Part shown: piece by piece, positions 56,485-64,000 of the stretch | Layout of the letters: the number at the start of each line of letters is the position of its first letter | Position numbering within the stretch: position 1 is the first letter of the stretch | Origin: Shigella phage vB_SdyM_006 | Length of the DNA: 64,000 bases | Reading direction: 5' to 3' (one strand) | Sequence record: MK295204 | Translations under genes and position numbers: made by a program | The notes under the pieces: generated by a model | Database searches by the model: none | The model's input: the letters and a program-made list of their open reading frames with translations, nothing else | Told to the model about the DNA's origin: nothing

Positions 56485-56973
56485 TCAACACCCAATAAAA
56501 TATATAATAGGATAATAGCCAGTAAAAGCTATTGTACTTGTTAAAGCATCAATAAAATCAAAAGTGTTAAGTCCCATAGGTTCTTCAATAATAAAAATTG
56601 GAGAATTTAAACAACGGCCTCTAAAACGATTATGCCAACTTGGATTGGATAATGCTCTTCTGGAAGCTTTAATAAACTCTACACTTTTAATAGGTTTAAT
56701 GCCTGTCTTTTCAACATGGCCATTATATTTTAGTTTTGTGTCTAAAGCAGTATGCCCGATAATAAAAATATCTCTATGTGGATTTCTTAGTTTTTGTTCT
56801 AAAGCAAATTCTGATATTTGAGTAGATTTGTAAGTTTGACGTCCAAAATCAAGTTTGCATTGACGATATTCATAAACTACACTAAATATTGAACGTGTTA
56901 CCGTCCTCATTTTATTAGTATCATTTGCTTCACATTTATCTAAAAATTGTGTCATTAAATCATAGTAGTTCAT
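56485..56973 (-). CDS. hypothetical protein
   Basis: 162 aa, ATG start. Confidence 0.35.
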   Translation of the reverse strand: MNYYDLMTQFLDKCEANDTNKMRTVTRSIFSVVYEYRQCKLDFGRQTYKSTQISEFALEQKLRNPHRDIFIIGHTALDTKLKYNGHVEKTGIKPIKSVEFIKASRRALSNPSWHNRFRGRCLNSPIFIIEEPMGLNTFDFIDALTSTIAFTGYYPIIYFIGC

Positions 56974-57164
56974 TTGTTTCTCCTAATGGCCTTACTAGAT
57001 GAAATAGTAAGGCGTAGTGATAATTTAAGTTAAAATAGCCTTTTCTAATATTTCTGCTTTGGTCCAAGTAATGCCAAAACATTCCATTGGCGTTTTATCG
57101 TTAGTAAATAAATTGTTTACTAGTTGTTTGCACTCAATTTCTATGAGTTTTAAATCGGTTTCTG

Positions 57165-57347
57165 TCATAGATTTACTTCTTTAATTACAATTTTTTCGCT
57201 ATACCCAGGATAATCACATTTAATATAACTATCTTGGGATAATTTACTTTCAAACATCCAATCTTCTAATTGTTGTTCACCAGAACATGACATAAAGGCC
57301 ATAAACGATTCGGCTAAATGGTCATCAATCTCTATAGTAATTTGCAT
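57165..57347 (-). CDS. hypothetical acidic small protein
   Basis: 60 aa, ATG start. Confidence 0.3.
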   Translation of the reverse strand: MQITIEIDDHLAESFMAFMSCSGEQQLEDWMFESKLSQDSYIKCDYPGYSEKIVIKEVNL

Positions 57348-57348
57348 A

Positions 57349-57720
57349 TTATCTCTTTAATTGGAAATGAGGACCATCTTTAAATGTTTTCCAATCACCA
57401 CCCCATTCTATAGCAATACCAAGTTCATTTGCTGCTTGTTTCATTGCTTTGGCAACGAGTTCAAATTTAGACCAATCTTGCCATGGGATAGCTTTATTAA
57501 CTAATGGTCCTAAGTCTACGGCTTCACCTGTCAAATGATAAGAATTCATAGTTTTAGAAACGCCTTTTCGGACATTTTCTTTTTGCTGTTCTACCGAACG
57601 TAGGCCTTCAATAACCATAAAATCTATCTCGGTTATTTGAATTGCTCGCTCTACAACTTTAACAAGCTCAGGTTTAACGCCTTTTAATCTATCTTTTGAT
57701 CTTTGTGATAATACGTACAT
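57349..57720 (-). CDS. endolysin, L-alanyl-D-glutamate peptidase (peptidase M15C)
   Basis: 123 aa; NSYHLTGEAVDL (SxHxxGxAxD) and DGPHFQL (zinc ligands) as in T5-type M15 endolysin; replaces T4 e-lysozyme in this region. Confidence 0.65.
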   Translation of the reverse strand: MYVLSQRSKDRLKGVKPELVKVVERAIQITEIDFMVIEGLRSVEQQKENVRKGVSKTMNSYHLTGEAVDLGPLVNKAIPWQDWSKFELVAKAMKQAANELGIAIEWGGDWKTFKDGPHFQLKR

Positions 57721-57759
57721 AAGTTTCTCCTTTGTTTGCTTATGTACGTATTTATTAAA

Positions 57760-58209
57760 TTAGAAATCCTTATATCCTGGTGATAATTCACTAAGCATGT
57801 CTAAAAAGTGTTTAGAATCTGCAGCTAGCTCATCTTTGTTAACAGCCAATAGAATTGGTTCATTAAGTAGATTATACTTTTTAACCATTGCTTTAAAATA
57901 TGCTAAAAGATGATTATCAGTTTTTACTGATACATGGATATCGTCATCATAAGAATCAAACCCGTCATCATAAGTAGTATATCCATAAATGGTAAATACA
58001 ACATTTTTTAATTCTTCTAAAGGATTTTCTACATCAGGGAAATGCTTAGTTAATAAAGGTTTTAGACTTTCGCCATAAGAAGCAAGCACTTTATCTGTTA
58101 GTTCTAAAGTAATCTCACATTCAACCATGTCGTGTTTAATTCGTCCACCTTCTTCAAAATCACCAACTTCAGCAATTAAATCAAATAGTTCTTTATCGTT
58201 AATAATCAT
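57760..58209 (-). CDS. hypothetical acidic protein
   Basis: 149 aa, ATG start. Confidence 0.3.
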   Translation of the reverse strand: MIINDKELFDLIAEVGDFEEGGRIKHDMVECEITLELTDKVLASYGESLKPLLTKHFPDVENPLEELKNVVFTIYGYTTYDDGFDSYDDDIHVSVKTDNHLLAYFKAMVKKYNLLNEPILLAVNKDELAADSKHFLDMLSELSPGYKDF

Positions 58210-58450
58210 TTTGTTTCCTTAAAATAGATGTACCATAATTAATATAATAAACATCATCTTTGTCTAAGCAACAGGTTCCAATAAAAATCTTATGGGTACA
58301 AGATTGCAATGAAGCTAATGCTTCTTTAAATGTTATTGCATTAACTACAGCAAGTTCATTTGTTAAGATGGTATGATTGCCTACATAAGCAAAATCATAT
58401 TCACTATTATTGATGACCCTAATAATAGTTGTTGGATGTATTTCGGTCAT
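58199..58450 (-). CDS. hypothetical protein
   Basis: 83 aa, ATG start. Confidence 0.3.
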   Translation of the reverse strand: MTEIHPTTIIRVINNSEYDFAYVGNHTILTNELAVVNAITFKEALASLQSCTHKIFIGTCCLDKDDVYYINYGTSILRKQNDY

Positions 58451-58740
58451 TGAATTTTATCCTTAAACCGTTCTTGTGTCCATTCGTCAAGTCGTATAAT
58501 AAAGTCGTTATCAGTAGGGCCTATATATTTTTCTACTGCTAAAATATGAAGTTCTACTACAGAAGACGTATCATTATAAACAGCTTGGGCCAATTCTTCT
58601 AGAGACCCTTTAAATGCTCTAGAATAACATTGACCTAAAACACCTGAACTAATAAAAACTGGCTCAGTTTGTCGTTTTACAGATAAATTAGGATAAAAAT
58701 ATTTTACAAGATTAATAAACTCTTCAGTTAAGTCTGTCAT
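58447..58740 (-). CDS. hypothetical protein
   Basis: 97 aa, ATG, ATGA coupling. Confidence 0.3.
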   Translation of the reverse strand: MTDLTEEFINLVKYFYPNLSVKRQTEPVFISSGVLGQCYSRAFKGSLEELAQAVYNDTSSVVELHILAVEKYIGPTDNDFIIRLDEWTQERFKDKIQ

Positions 58741-59147
58741 AAATCTAGTACCTTAATTAACAATTTAGCCTGGGATTTTGAGCAATATTTAGAGATATCA
58801 TTCAAATCAACCCATTTAAATTGGTCGTTTTCTGGGAATGTTTTACCATATTTAGTATACATACTAGTACATACACAGGTCTCAGCATCAGGAAAGTGTT
58901 CACTATCATATAAAAACAAATGCATGTTTTTGCCTTTATAATAAAAGTGTTCGCCCAAATCAATTAGTTCTTCAGGGTCTTTAACATCAAAATTTGTTTC
59001 TTCTTTAACTTCTCTTAAAGCGGCTTCTAATGCTGTTTCACCTTCATCAATATGGCCTTTAGGAATACCCCAATAAGGAGTATTTGTTGCATGGCATAAA
59101 AGGATTTGTTCGTTTTTTATAAAAATAATTCCAGATGAGATTTCCAT
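58737..59147 (-). CDS. nudE: Nudix hydrolase NudE
   Basis: 136 aa; Nudix box GHIDEGETALEAALREVKEETN. Confidence 0.7.
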   Translation of the reverse strand: MEISSGIIFIKNEQILLCHATNTPYWGIPKGHIDEGETALEAALREVKEETNFDVKDPEELIDLGEHFYYKGKNMHLFLYDSEHFPDAETCVCTSMYTKYGKTFPENDQFKWVDLNDISKYCSKSQAKLLIKVLDL

Positions 59148-59155
59148 TTTTATCC

Positions 59156-59377
59156 TTAATATTCAGCGTTATATAATCGAGACATAAGGTCTCTTAACAT
59201 TTTTGCTTCTTCATTAGATAGACTTAATGATTCGCGATAATTAATGTCACTTGGGATATCTGAATTATTTTTTAAAGTGTCAAATAAAACATCCATGCCA
59301 TGTTCTGTAAATTCTACATCCTCACAGAACAAATAATGATCACTAGATTCGCTAGTGATATGAAAAGCTATATACAT
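59156..59377 (-). CDS. hypothetical protein
   Basis: 73 aa. Confidence 0.3.
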   Translation of the reverse strand: MYIAFHITSESSDHYLFCEDVEFTEHGMDVLFDTLKNNSDIPSDINYRESLSLSNEEAKMLRDLMSRLYNAEY

Positions 59378-59637
59378 TTTATATCCTCTATAATTGAAAG
59401 AGTGTAATTAAGACTATATTTAAATTGTGTGGATTCACTCCATGAGACATCTCCTCGATATCCATACATAGTATCATAAACTATAAGAACACGGTCAGCA
59501 CCATTATCTAATAAAAAGCCATAATAAATTGTAAATTGACGGTCTTTAACACTATTATAGATATAGCAGTCTTTATATCCTAAAGTGGTTTTTATTTTTA
59601 AGGTGCTTCCAATTTCAATTACTAAATTAGGGTTCAT
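59368..59637 (-). CDS. hypothetical protein
   Basis: 89 aa. Confidence 0.3.
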   Translation of the reverse strand: MNPNLVIEIGSTLKIKTTLGYKDCYIYNSVKDRQFTIYYGFLLDNGADRVLIVYDTMYGYRGDVSWSESTQFKYSLNYTLSIIEDIKCI

Positions 59638-59897
59638 TTTCTTTTGGCCTTTATATAATCGTTTATATTTTCTATGCGTTCTAATTCTTTTTCTTTTTTA
59701 ATAGACCTGTAATTAAACACATATTTTATGCCTTCATAAATGAAAATCATAATAGGTATAACTACCATTACAGAACTACATAGTAAAAATATTTGTCCTT
59801 TATTAAAATCTTCTGATAAAGTCTCGTCAATTAGTCCGGATATTAAAACTGCTATGCATGACCACATAAGCCAGATTACTAAAATTGTCTCAACCAT
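59634..59897 (-). CDS. hypothetical membrane protein
   Basis: 87 aa; two hydrophobic helices. Confidence 0.3.
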   Translation of the reverse strand: MVETILVIWLMWSCIAVLISGLIDETLSEDFNKGQIFLLCSSVMVVIPIMIFIYEGIKYVFNYRSIKKEKELERIENINDYIKAKRK

Positions 59898-60163
59898 TAT
59901 AAATGTCCTCGCTTAGAGTTAATGTATGTCTCGACTTCTCTTTTTGTACGGTCAAAAGCTTCTTTTTGCTCATATACTTCTTGAGATTTTTTATATTGCT
60001 TATTAGCATTGATTTCTTTATAATTAGCAGCATATACGTAAATATAAAAGGCCCAGACCATAGGACAAATCATGGATGTAAATTTAGTATAAAACGGTTT
60101 GTTTACAATAGGATATAAACACCAAAAGAAGAACGTAAATATAATATAATTAGCCCAAATCAT
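59897..60163 (-). CDS. hypothetical membrane protein
   Basis: 88 aa; hydrophobic N-terminal half. Confidence 0.3.
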   Translation of the reverse strand: MIWANYIIFTFFFWCLYPIVNKPFYTKFTSMICPMVWAFYIYVYAANYKEINANKQYKKSQEVYEQKEAFDRTKREVETYINSKRGHL

Positions 60164-60639
60164 TTTGTGTCTCCTTTAATTTCATCAAGAAAGTCAAAAT
60201 AAGCGTTAGGATAAAACAATAGAATAAATGGTGTCATTGCTAGCCCAATAGAATACAATATCATACTCAATAAATCTGTAGAATAATGTATAAAGAAAGG
60301 CCAAACTATTAAAATATACATCATTATCATAAAAATAGTGTTCATCATATAAATATTGGACAATTTATGCGGTACACTGTAATACCCGTTTTGGTATCTA
60401 TTGTTATTATTACTTAATGAAATTACAATATCACCTACCGTCTCTTTATCGAAACCTAAATTTATTGTTTCAAACATGACAAAGAGTCCTAAAACTATAC
60501 AACTTATTAAAAATAATAATGAATATGCAAACCCTGCTCCTGTGTTTGCCCACATATCAAATGAGAACAATGTATTTCCAGATAACACAAGTAAAAATAT
60601 AAAGACAACTTTGTTGATTTGAGATAATAAATAATTCAT
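60160..60639 (-). CDS. hypothetical polytopic membrane protein
   Basis: 159 aa; several hydrophobic segments. Confidence 0.35.
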   Translation of the reverse strand: MNYLLSQINKVVFIFLLVLSGNTLFSFDMWANTGAGFAYSLLFLISCIVLGLFVMFETINLGFDKETVGDIVISLSNNNNRYQNGYYSVPHKLSNIYMMNTIFMIMMYILIVWPFFIHYSTDLLSMILYSIGLAMTPFILLFYPNAYFDFLDEIKGDTK

Positions 60640-61127
60640 AATTTTTTCCTACATTGCATAATATATTCTTCAAGAAAAGTTAATTTATTTTCCAGAACGT
60701 CTAAATATTCTTTTTCAAAATTAAAAACAAATTCAATAAGGTCAACATTAGTATTAAAGCATTTTCTATAAGATTCAAAAGATGAAAAATAATGTGCATT
60801 ATCTACGCCAACAAAAAAAGTAATGGCTATATCATCCTTTTTAAAACCAAATAACACATTTGATGATTTTAATGTATCTTCAATTTGGTCAAACTGTATA
60901 ATTGTTTTATTTTTGTCGTCTTTATAAGAAGTAGAATAACACCATATGGATTTAAATGGGTACACTATATCATTTAAAGAACAGTGATTCAACAAGATAT
61001 TTTTTATAGCATTAGCTTTAGCTTCAGGCATATTAAATAGTGGAATCACATAAGAAGTATCGCTTAGTTTTGAATATTTAGAAATAGGGTCTACTAATCT
61101 TAGTACTTCATTAAGCCATTGTTGCAT
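60636..61127 (-). CDS. hypothetical protein
   Basis: 163 aa; ATG with GGAGG Shine-Dalgarno. Confidence 0.35.
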   Translation of the reverse strand: MQQWLNEVLRLVDPISKYSKLSDTSYVIPLFNMPEAKANAIKNILLNHCSLNDIVYPFKSIWCYSTSYKDDKNKTIIQFDQIEDTLKSSNVLFGFKKDDIAITFFVGVDNAHYFSSFESYRKCFNTNVDLIEFVFNFEKEYLDVLENKLTFLEEYIMQCRKKL

Positions 61128-61144
61128 TATAACCTCCTAGTAAA

Positions 61145-61162
61145 ATGGGCCTTTCGGCCCAT
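61145..61162 (-). terminator. putative terminator hairpin
   Basis: atgggcc-tttc-ggcccat followed on minus strand by TTTT then Shine-Dalgarno of next gene. Confidence 0.4.
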
Positions 61163-61177
61163 TAATCAGTTTACTGA

Positions 61178-61774
61178 TTATTTGTTAAAAGTATCAACAT
61201 ATAATTCGAGTTCAGACATATTAACCGAAACATTAGAGCTTTCTGTAAATGTGTCAACTTCTGTAATAATAGTATCAACATCTACTAATACATGGTCTGT
61301 AGAAGCCATTACATCTTCAGGTAATTTGATACCTAATGCATCAGTTTCTTTGTTCAATTTAATAACTTCTAAATTAGCTTTAATTTCTTCTAATTTATCA
61401 GCAAGTTCAACAACTTTTTCTGCGATCGTAATAATAGATTTTTTACGATTTTCAACTTCGGTTTCTAAAGCTTCACCCAATTTTTTATATTGCAAAGCAG
61501 CGATAAAATATGCTTTTGGCACGGCTTGTTCTTTGCTTTTTAAGAGACGAATATGGTCTTCTTTTAGTTTACTGTTTTTAAAGTGGTCTTGAGCCTTGGC
61601 TTTTAAGTGCTCAATGCTTTGAGTTGCAGTAATTTCAGCATGACGTAAACTGTCAATTTTATTGATGATTAACGTCGCAGCTTGGGTATAACGTTCTTCA
61701 GCAGATAAATTGCTTTTGAAGAAAGAAGTTAATTTAGTAGATACGAAGTTTTTAGCAGTTTTTAATAAGCTCAT
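61178..61774 (-). CDS. hypothetical coiled-coil protein
   Basis: 198 aa; heptad-rich, Lys/Glu-rich. Confidence 0.35.
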   Translation of the reverse strand: MSLLKTAKNFVSTKLTSFFKSNLSAEERYTQAATLIINKIDSLRHAEITATQSIEHLKAKAQDHFKNSKLKEDHIRLLKSKEQAVPKAYFIAALQYKKLGEALETEVENRKKSIITIAEKVVELADKLEEIKANLEVIKLNKETDALGIKLPEDVMASTDHVLVDVDTIITEVDTFTESSNVSVNMSELELYVDTFNK

Positions 61775-61965
61775 TTTATTTCCTTACATGTATTAGTTTC
61801 AAAATCAACAATAATATTTTTACGTTCAATGCCAAGATTAATTAATTTAGAAATACATTGACCTTGGATTTTTTGGTCTTCTAAACCTTTAGAAACACTT
61901 TTAGATAATGCACTCCATGAAAAACAAATAACTATTAAAATAACACATCCAATTAAATATTTCAT
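61771..61965 (-). CDS. hypothetical secreted small protein
   Basis: Track ORF to 62025; ATG at 61965 with GGAG Shine-Dalgarno gives MKYLIGCVILIVICFSWSALS signal peptide. Confidence 0.3.
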   Translation of the reverse strand: MKYLIGCVILIVICFSWSALSKSVSKGLEDQKIQGQCISKLINLGIERKNIIVDFETNTCKEIK

Positions 61966-62031
61966 GATATACTCCATTTGTTTTGATGTGTCTATAGTAT
62001 TATAGATTTTTTGTGTTGTAAACATTTATTT

Positions 62032-62487
62032 TTAATTTTTTGAAATTAATTTTCGACATTGGTTTATGTATGCTTTGCGCTGGTTGTCCTCTAATTTTTC
62101 TAGATACGCAGCTTTTTGATCTTTAAAATTAACTAATCTTTCACTTATCTTATTAAATGTATCAGATTTAAGATAAAATACAGATCTTTTAGATTTAAAT
62201 TCAAAATAAGCTATAACAGTTCTTGACACATTTTCTCCTGGCTTCACTTGTGTCCTAGTACTTAATGGAAAATTCAAGTACATTGCAGCTGTGTATTCAG
62301 CCAAGAAGAAAGTCACTTTATCGACGTTATATAAGAGCCAGGACAATATATCATCTTCATTGATATATCTAAATTCAGATTCAATTAAAAGCCTATACCG
62401 AAGATCTGAGACTTGACATTTGCCAGCTTCATAAGAAGGCTCAAAACTTTCTGTGATGACAGAAAGTTCATCTAAATTATAATTCAT
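62032..62487 (-). CDS. hypothetical protein, tandem paralog family (copy 1)
   Basis: 151 aa; shares YxxxxxxVxFxxAEYTAAMYLNFPL and C-terminal AYIxxCRK with next two ORFs. Confidence 0.4.
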   Translation of the reverse strand: MNYNLDELSVITESFEPSYEAGKCQVSDLRYRLLIESEFRYINEDDILSWLLYNVDKVTFFLAEYTAAMYLNFPLSTRTQVKPGENVSRTVIAYFEFKSKRSVFYLKSDTFNKISERLVNFKDQKAAYLEKLEDNQRKAYINQCRKLISKN

Positions 62488-62914
62488 TTAGAGATTCCTT
62501 TATTTTATTTCTACATGATTCAATATAAGCTAAACGTTCAGAAGTTTTGATGGCTTCAATAAATTTGGTTCTTTTATTTTTAAAATCGTCAAACTCAGAA
62601 TATACACTATTGAAAAAATCAGCATCTAAATATACTACGTATTTTTTGTCGTCAAGCATAAATTCAGCTATAACCATACTAGTATATTTTGGGGCTTTTG
62701 AGCCAAGATATATTTTATTTAAACCTTTTAATGGAAAATTCCCGTATGTAGCATACTCGTAGTCAGCGCAATAAAATCTAACAGAACTTACATTATGGTA
62801 CATCCAATTGACAAAGTACTTAGTATACTGTTTATTTTTTCTACGTAAATCAGCAACTAAATATCCTGCTTCTTCTTCATCAAATAATGCAATAAAGTCA
62901 AAATTATTTTTCAT
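62477..62914 (-). CDS. hypothetical protein, tandem paralog family (copy 2)
   Basis: Track start TTG at 62950; first ATG 62914; YCADYEYATYGNFPL, AYIESCRNKIK. Confidence 0.4.
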   Translation of the reverse strand: MKNNFDFIALFDEEEAGYLVADLRRKNKQYTKYFVNWMYHNVSSVRFYCADYEYATYGNFPLKGLNKIYLGSKAPKYTSMVIAEFMLDDKKYVVYLDADFFNSVYSEFDDFKNKRTKFIEAIKTSERLAYIESCRNKIKESLNEL

Positions 62915-63374
62915 GGGTATGACCTTTAATTTTACGACGACATTTTTCAATATAGAAGTCTAATTCATTGGTATACTTAGAATTTACATAAATTTGTTTA
63001 TTTTTACTAAAACCTGAAATACCTTTTAAAACACCTTTGGCTTGATTATAGTCTATAAAGAACACATGTTCTTTATTATCGTACATAAATCTTAAAGCAA
63101 AAGTATCTTTATAGATATTAGATTCTTTTGTAACGATAGAATTAGTAGATTTATCAAGTGGCAAATTACATGCAAGAGCACAAGTATACTCACACTCATA
63201 TAATGTCACATAATTTGTATTAGTATACAAAAAATCTAGAATCTCATCAGAGGTCCAAGCTTTCTCAATATCATTTCCTAGAACACGTAGTTTCCAAAAA
63301 GTGGATTGACGTATATCAGCCCAGATAACATTATTATCTTTGCCTGCTTCAGGTCCTTTAAAAATATCAATCAT
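62904..63374 (-). CDS. hypothetical protein, tandem paralog family (copy 3)
   Basis: 156 aa; ECEYTCALACNLPL, FYIEKCRRKIK. Confidence 0.4.
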   Translation of the reverse strand: MIDIFKGPEAGKDNNVIWADIRQSTFWKLRVLGNDIEKAWTSDEILDFLYTNTNYVTLYECEYTCALACNLPLDKSTNSIVTKESNIYKDTFALRFMYDNKEHVFFIDYNQAKGVLKGISGFSKNKQIYVNSKYTNELDFYIEKCRRKIKGHTHEK

Positions 63375-63664
63375 TATATCCTCTCACAAAAAGCCCAATT
63401 AGCATGATAAACTGAAGCGCCTTTAGTATCATTCATGCACACTAAGTCTACAGGAGACACCACTCTATATAAAACAGGTTCTCCACCTAATGAACGCGCA
63501 GCTCTTCCGGCATAAATTTTAGCCAAACCTAAATCTTCAGTAAAGAAAACTCGGTCTAAATTTTTCTTACGTCCTTTTTCAGAAATAGTCTCAGTTGTTT
63601 CTGGTGGAAGTAACATATGTTCAATACCACATACAGAAGAAGAACCATGATAAAAAGTTTTCAT
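63374..63664 (-). CDS. small protein with Arr-like (rifampin ADP-ribosyltransferase-type) motif pattern
   Basis: 96 aa; FYHGSSS near N-terminus, then RVFFTEDL and GGEPVLYRV resemble Arr H-G-T / Y-F-S / Y-I-Y-x-V-E pattern; weak, by eye. Confidence 0.3.
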   Translation of the reverse strand: MKTFYHGSSSVCGIEHMLLPPETTETISEKGRKKNLDRVFFTEDLGLAKIYAGRAARSLGGEPVLYRVVSPVDLVCMNDTKGASVYHANWAFCERI

Positions 63665-63720
63665 TATAGACTCCGTTTTTAAATTATGTAGCTATTATAC
63701 ACACAATTTTTAATTTGTAC

Positions 63721-63746
63721 ATACTATAAACGAAAAAAGGAACCAA
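63721..63746 (-). terminator. intrinsic terminator hairpin (bidirectional-looking)
   Basis: cgaaaaaaggaaccaaaaggttcctt; U-run on minus strand; follows stop of partial gene at 63752. Confidence 0.55.
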
Positions 63747-63751
63747 AAGGT

Positions 63752-64000
63752 TCCTTTAATTTTAGATACATCCACCACAAGAACTATGTCGCCAATCTTC
63801 TTCGTTAATATGTGGATAAAGAGCATATAAGATTTTTTCGATATCTTTAAATCCATGTCTTTTTAAAGACGAAACTAATGAGTTAGTATCGTGTTTCAAC
63901 ATTAATTGGACCCAACTTTCTGGACTTAACCCTGCTGTATAAGAATCCCATTCTTCAGACCAATTATCGTCAAAACGCCAGGTGTCATAAGATTTACGTG
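63752..64000 (-). CDS. hypothetical protein, C-terminal fragment (N-terminus beyond window end)
   Basis: Hand-translated open frame ending ...HINEEDWRHSSCGGCI-stop at 63752; no start inside window. Confidence 0.35.

Noticed and set aside
1-64000. tRNA genes
   Set aside because: No intergenic stretch of suitable length with recognisable cloverleaf features was seen by eye; a tRNAscan-SE run would be needed to exclude them

Overview
This window reads as the first ~64 kb of a T4-like (Tevenvirinae-type) myovirus genome, linearised at rIIA like the T4 reference. It is AT-rich, and essentially every credible gene is on the minus strand, densely packed with frequent ATGA/TAATG stop-start overlaps. 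All calls are from reading the translations against remembered T4 proteins and motifs; no searches were run. The conserved backbone follows T4 order: rIIA, topoisomerase gp39 (fused with the gp60 part), dexA, dda, gp56 dCTPase, gp61 primase, gp41 helicase, uvsX, gp42 hydroxymethylase, gp43 polymerase, regA, gp62/44/45, gp46/47, gp55, nrdH/nrdG/nrdD, gp49, nrdC, rI, tk, regB, denV, a GrcA-like glycyl-radical cofactor, an M15-peptidase endolysin and nudE. The most interesting region is 19.5-27 kb between uvsX and gp43, where T4 carries beta-gt and imm. Here it holds a chorismate-mutase-like protein next to a peptidase-U32-family protein, plus an apparent nucleotide-sugar pathway (arabinose-5-phosphate isomerase-like, HAD phosphatase, nucleotidyltransferase-kinase fusion, P-loop kinase). 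No alpha-gt or beta-gt homolog was recognised. I read this as a candidate DNA (or nucleic-acid) hypermodification island. Other accessory items: a homing-endonuclease-like ORF between uvsX and gene 40, a 473-aa Walker A/B ATPase between nrdH and gene 55, three tandem paralog arrays, an Arr-like small protein, and recurrent near-identical terminator hairpins. The ORF track uses GTG/TTG as M, so several starts were moved to the first in-frame ATG with a Shine-Dalgarno; hairpin coordinates are approximate to +/-1-2 nt.
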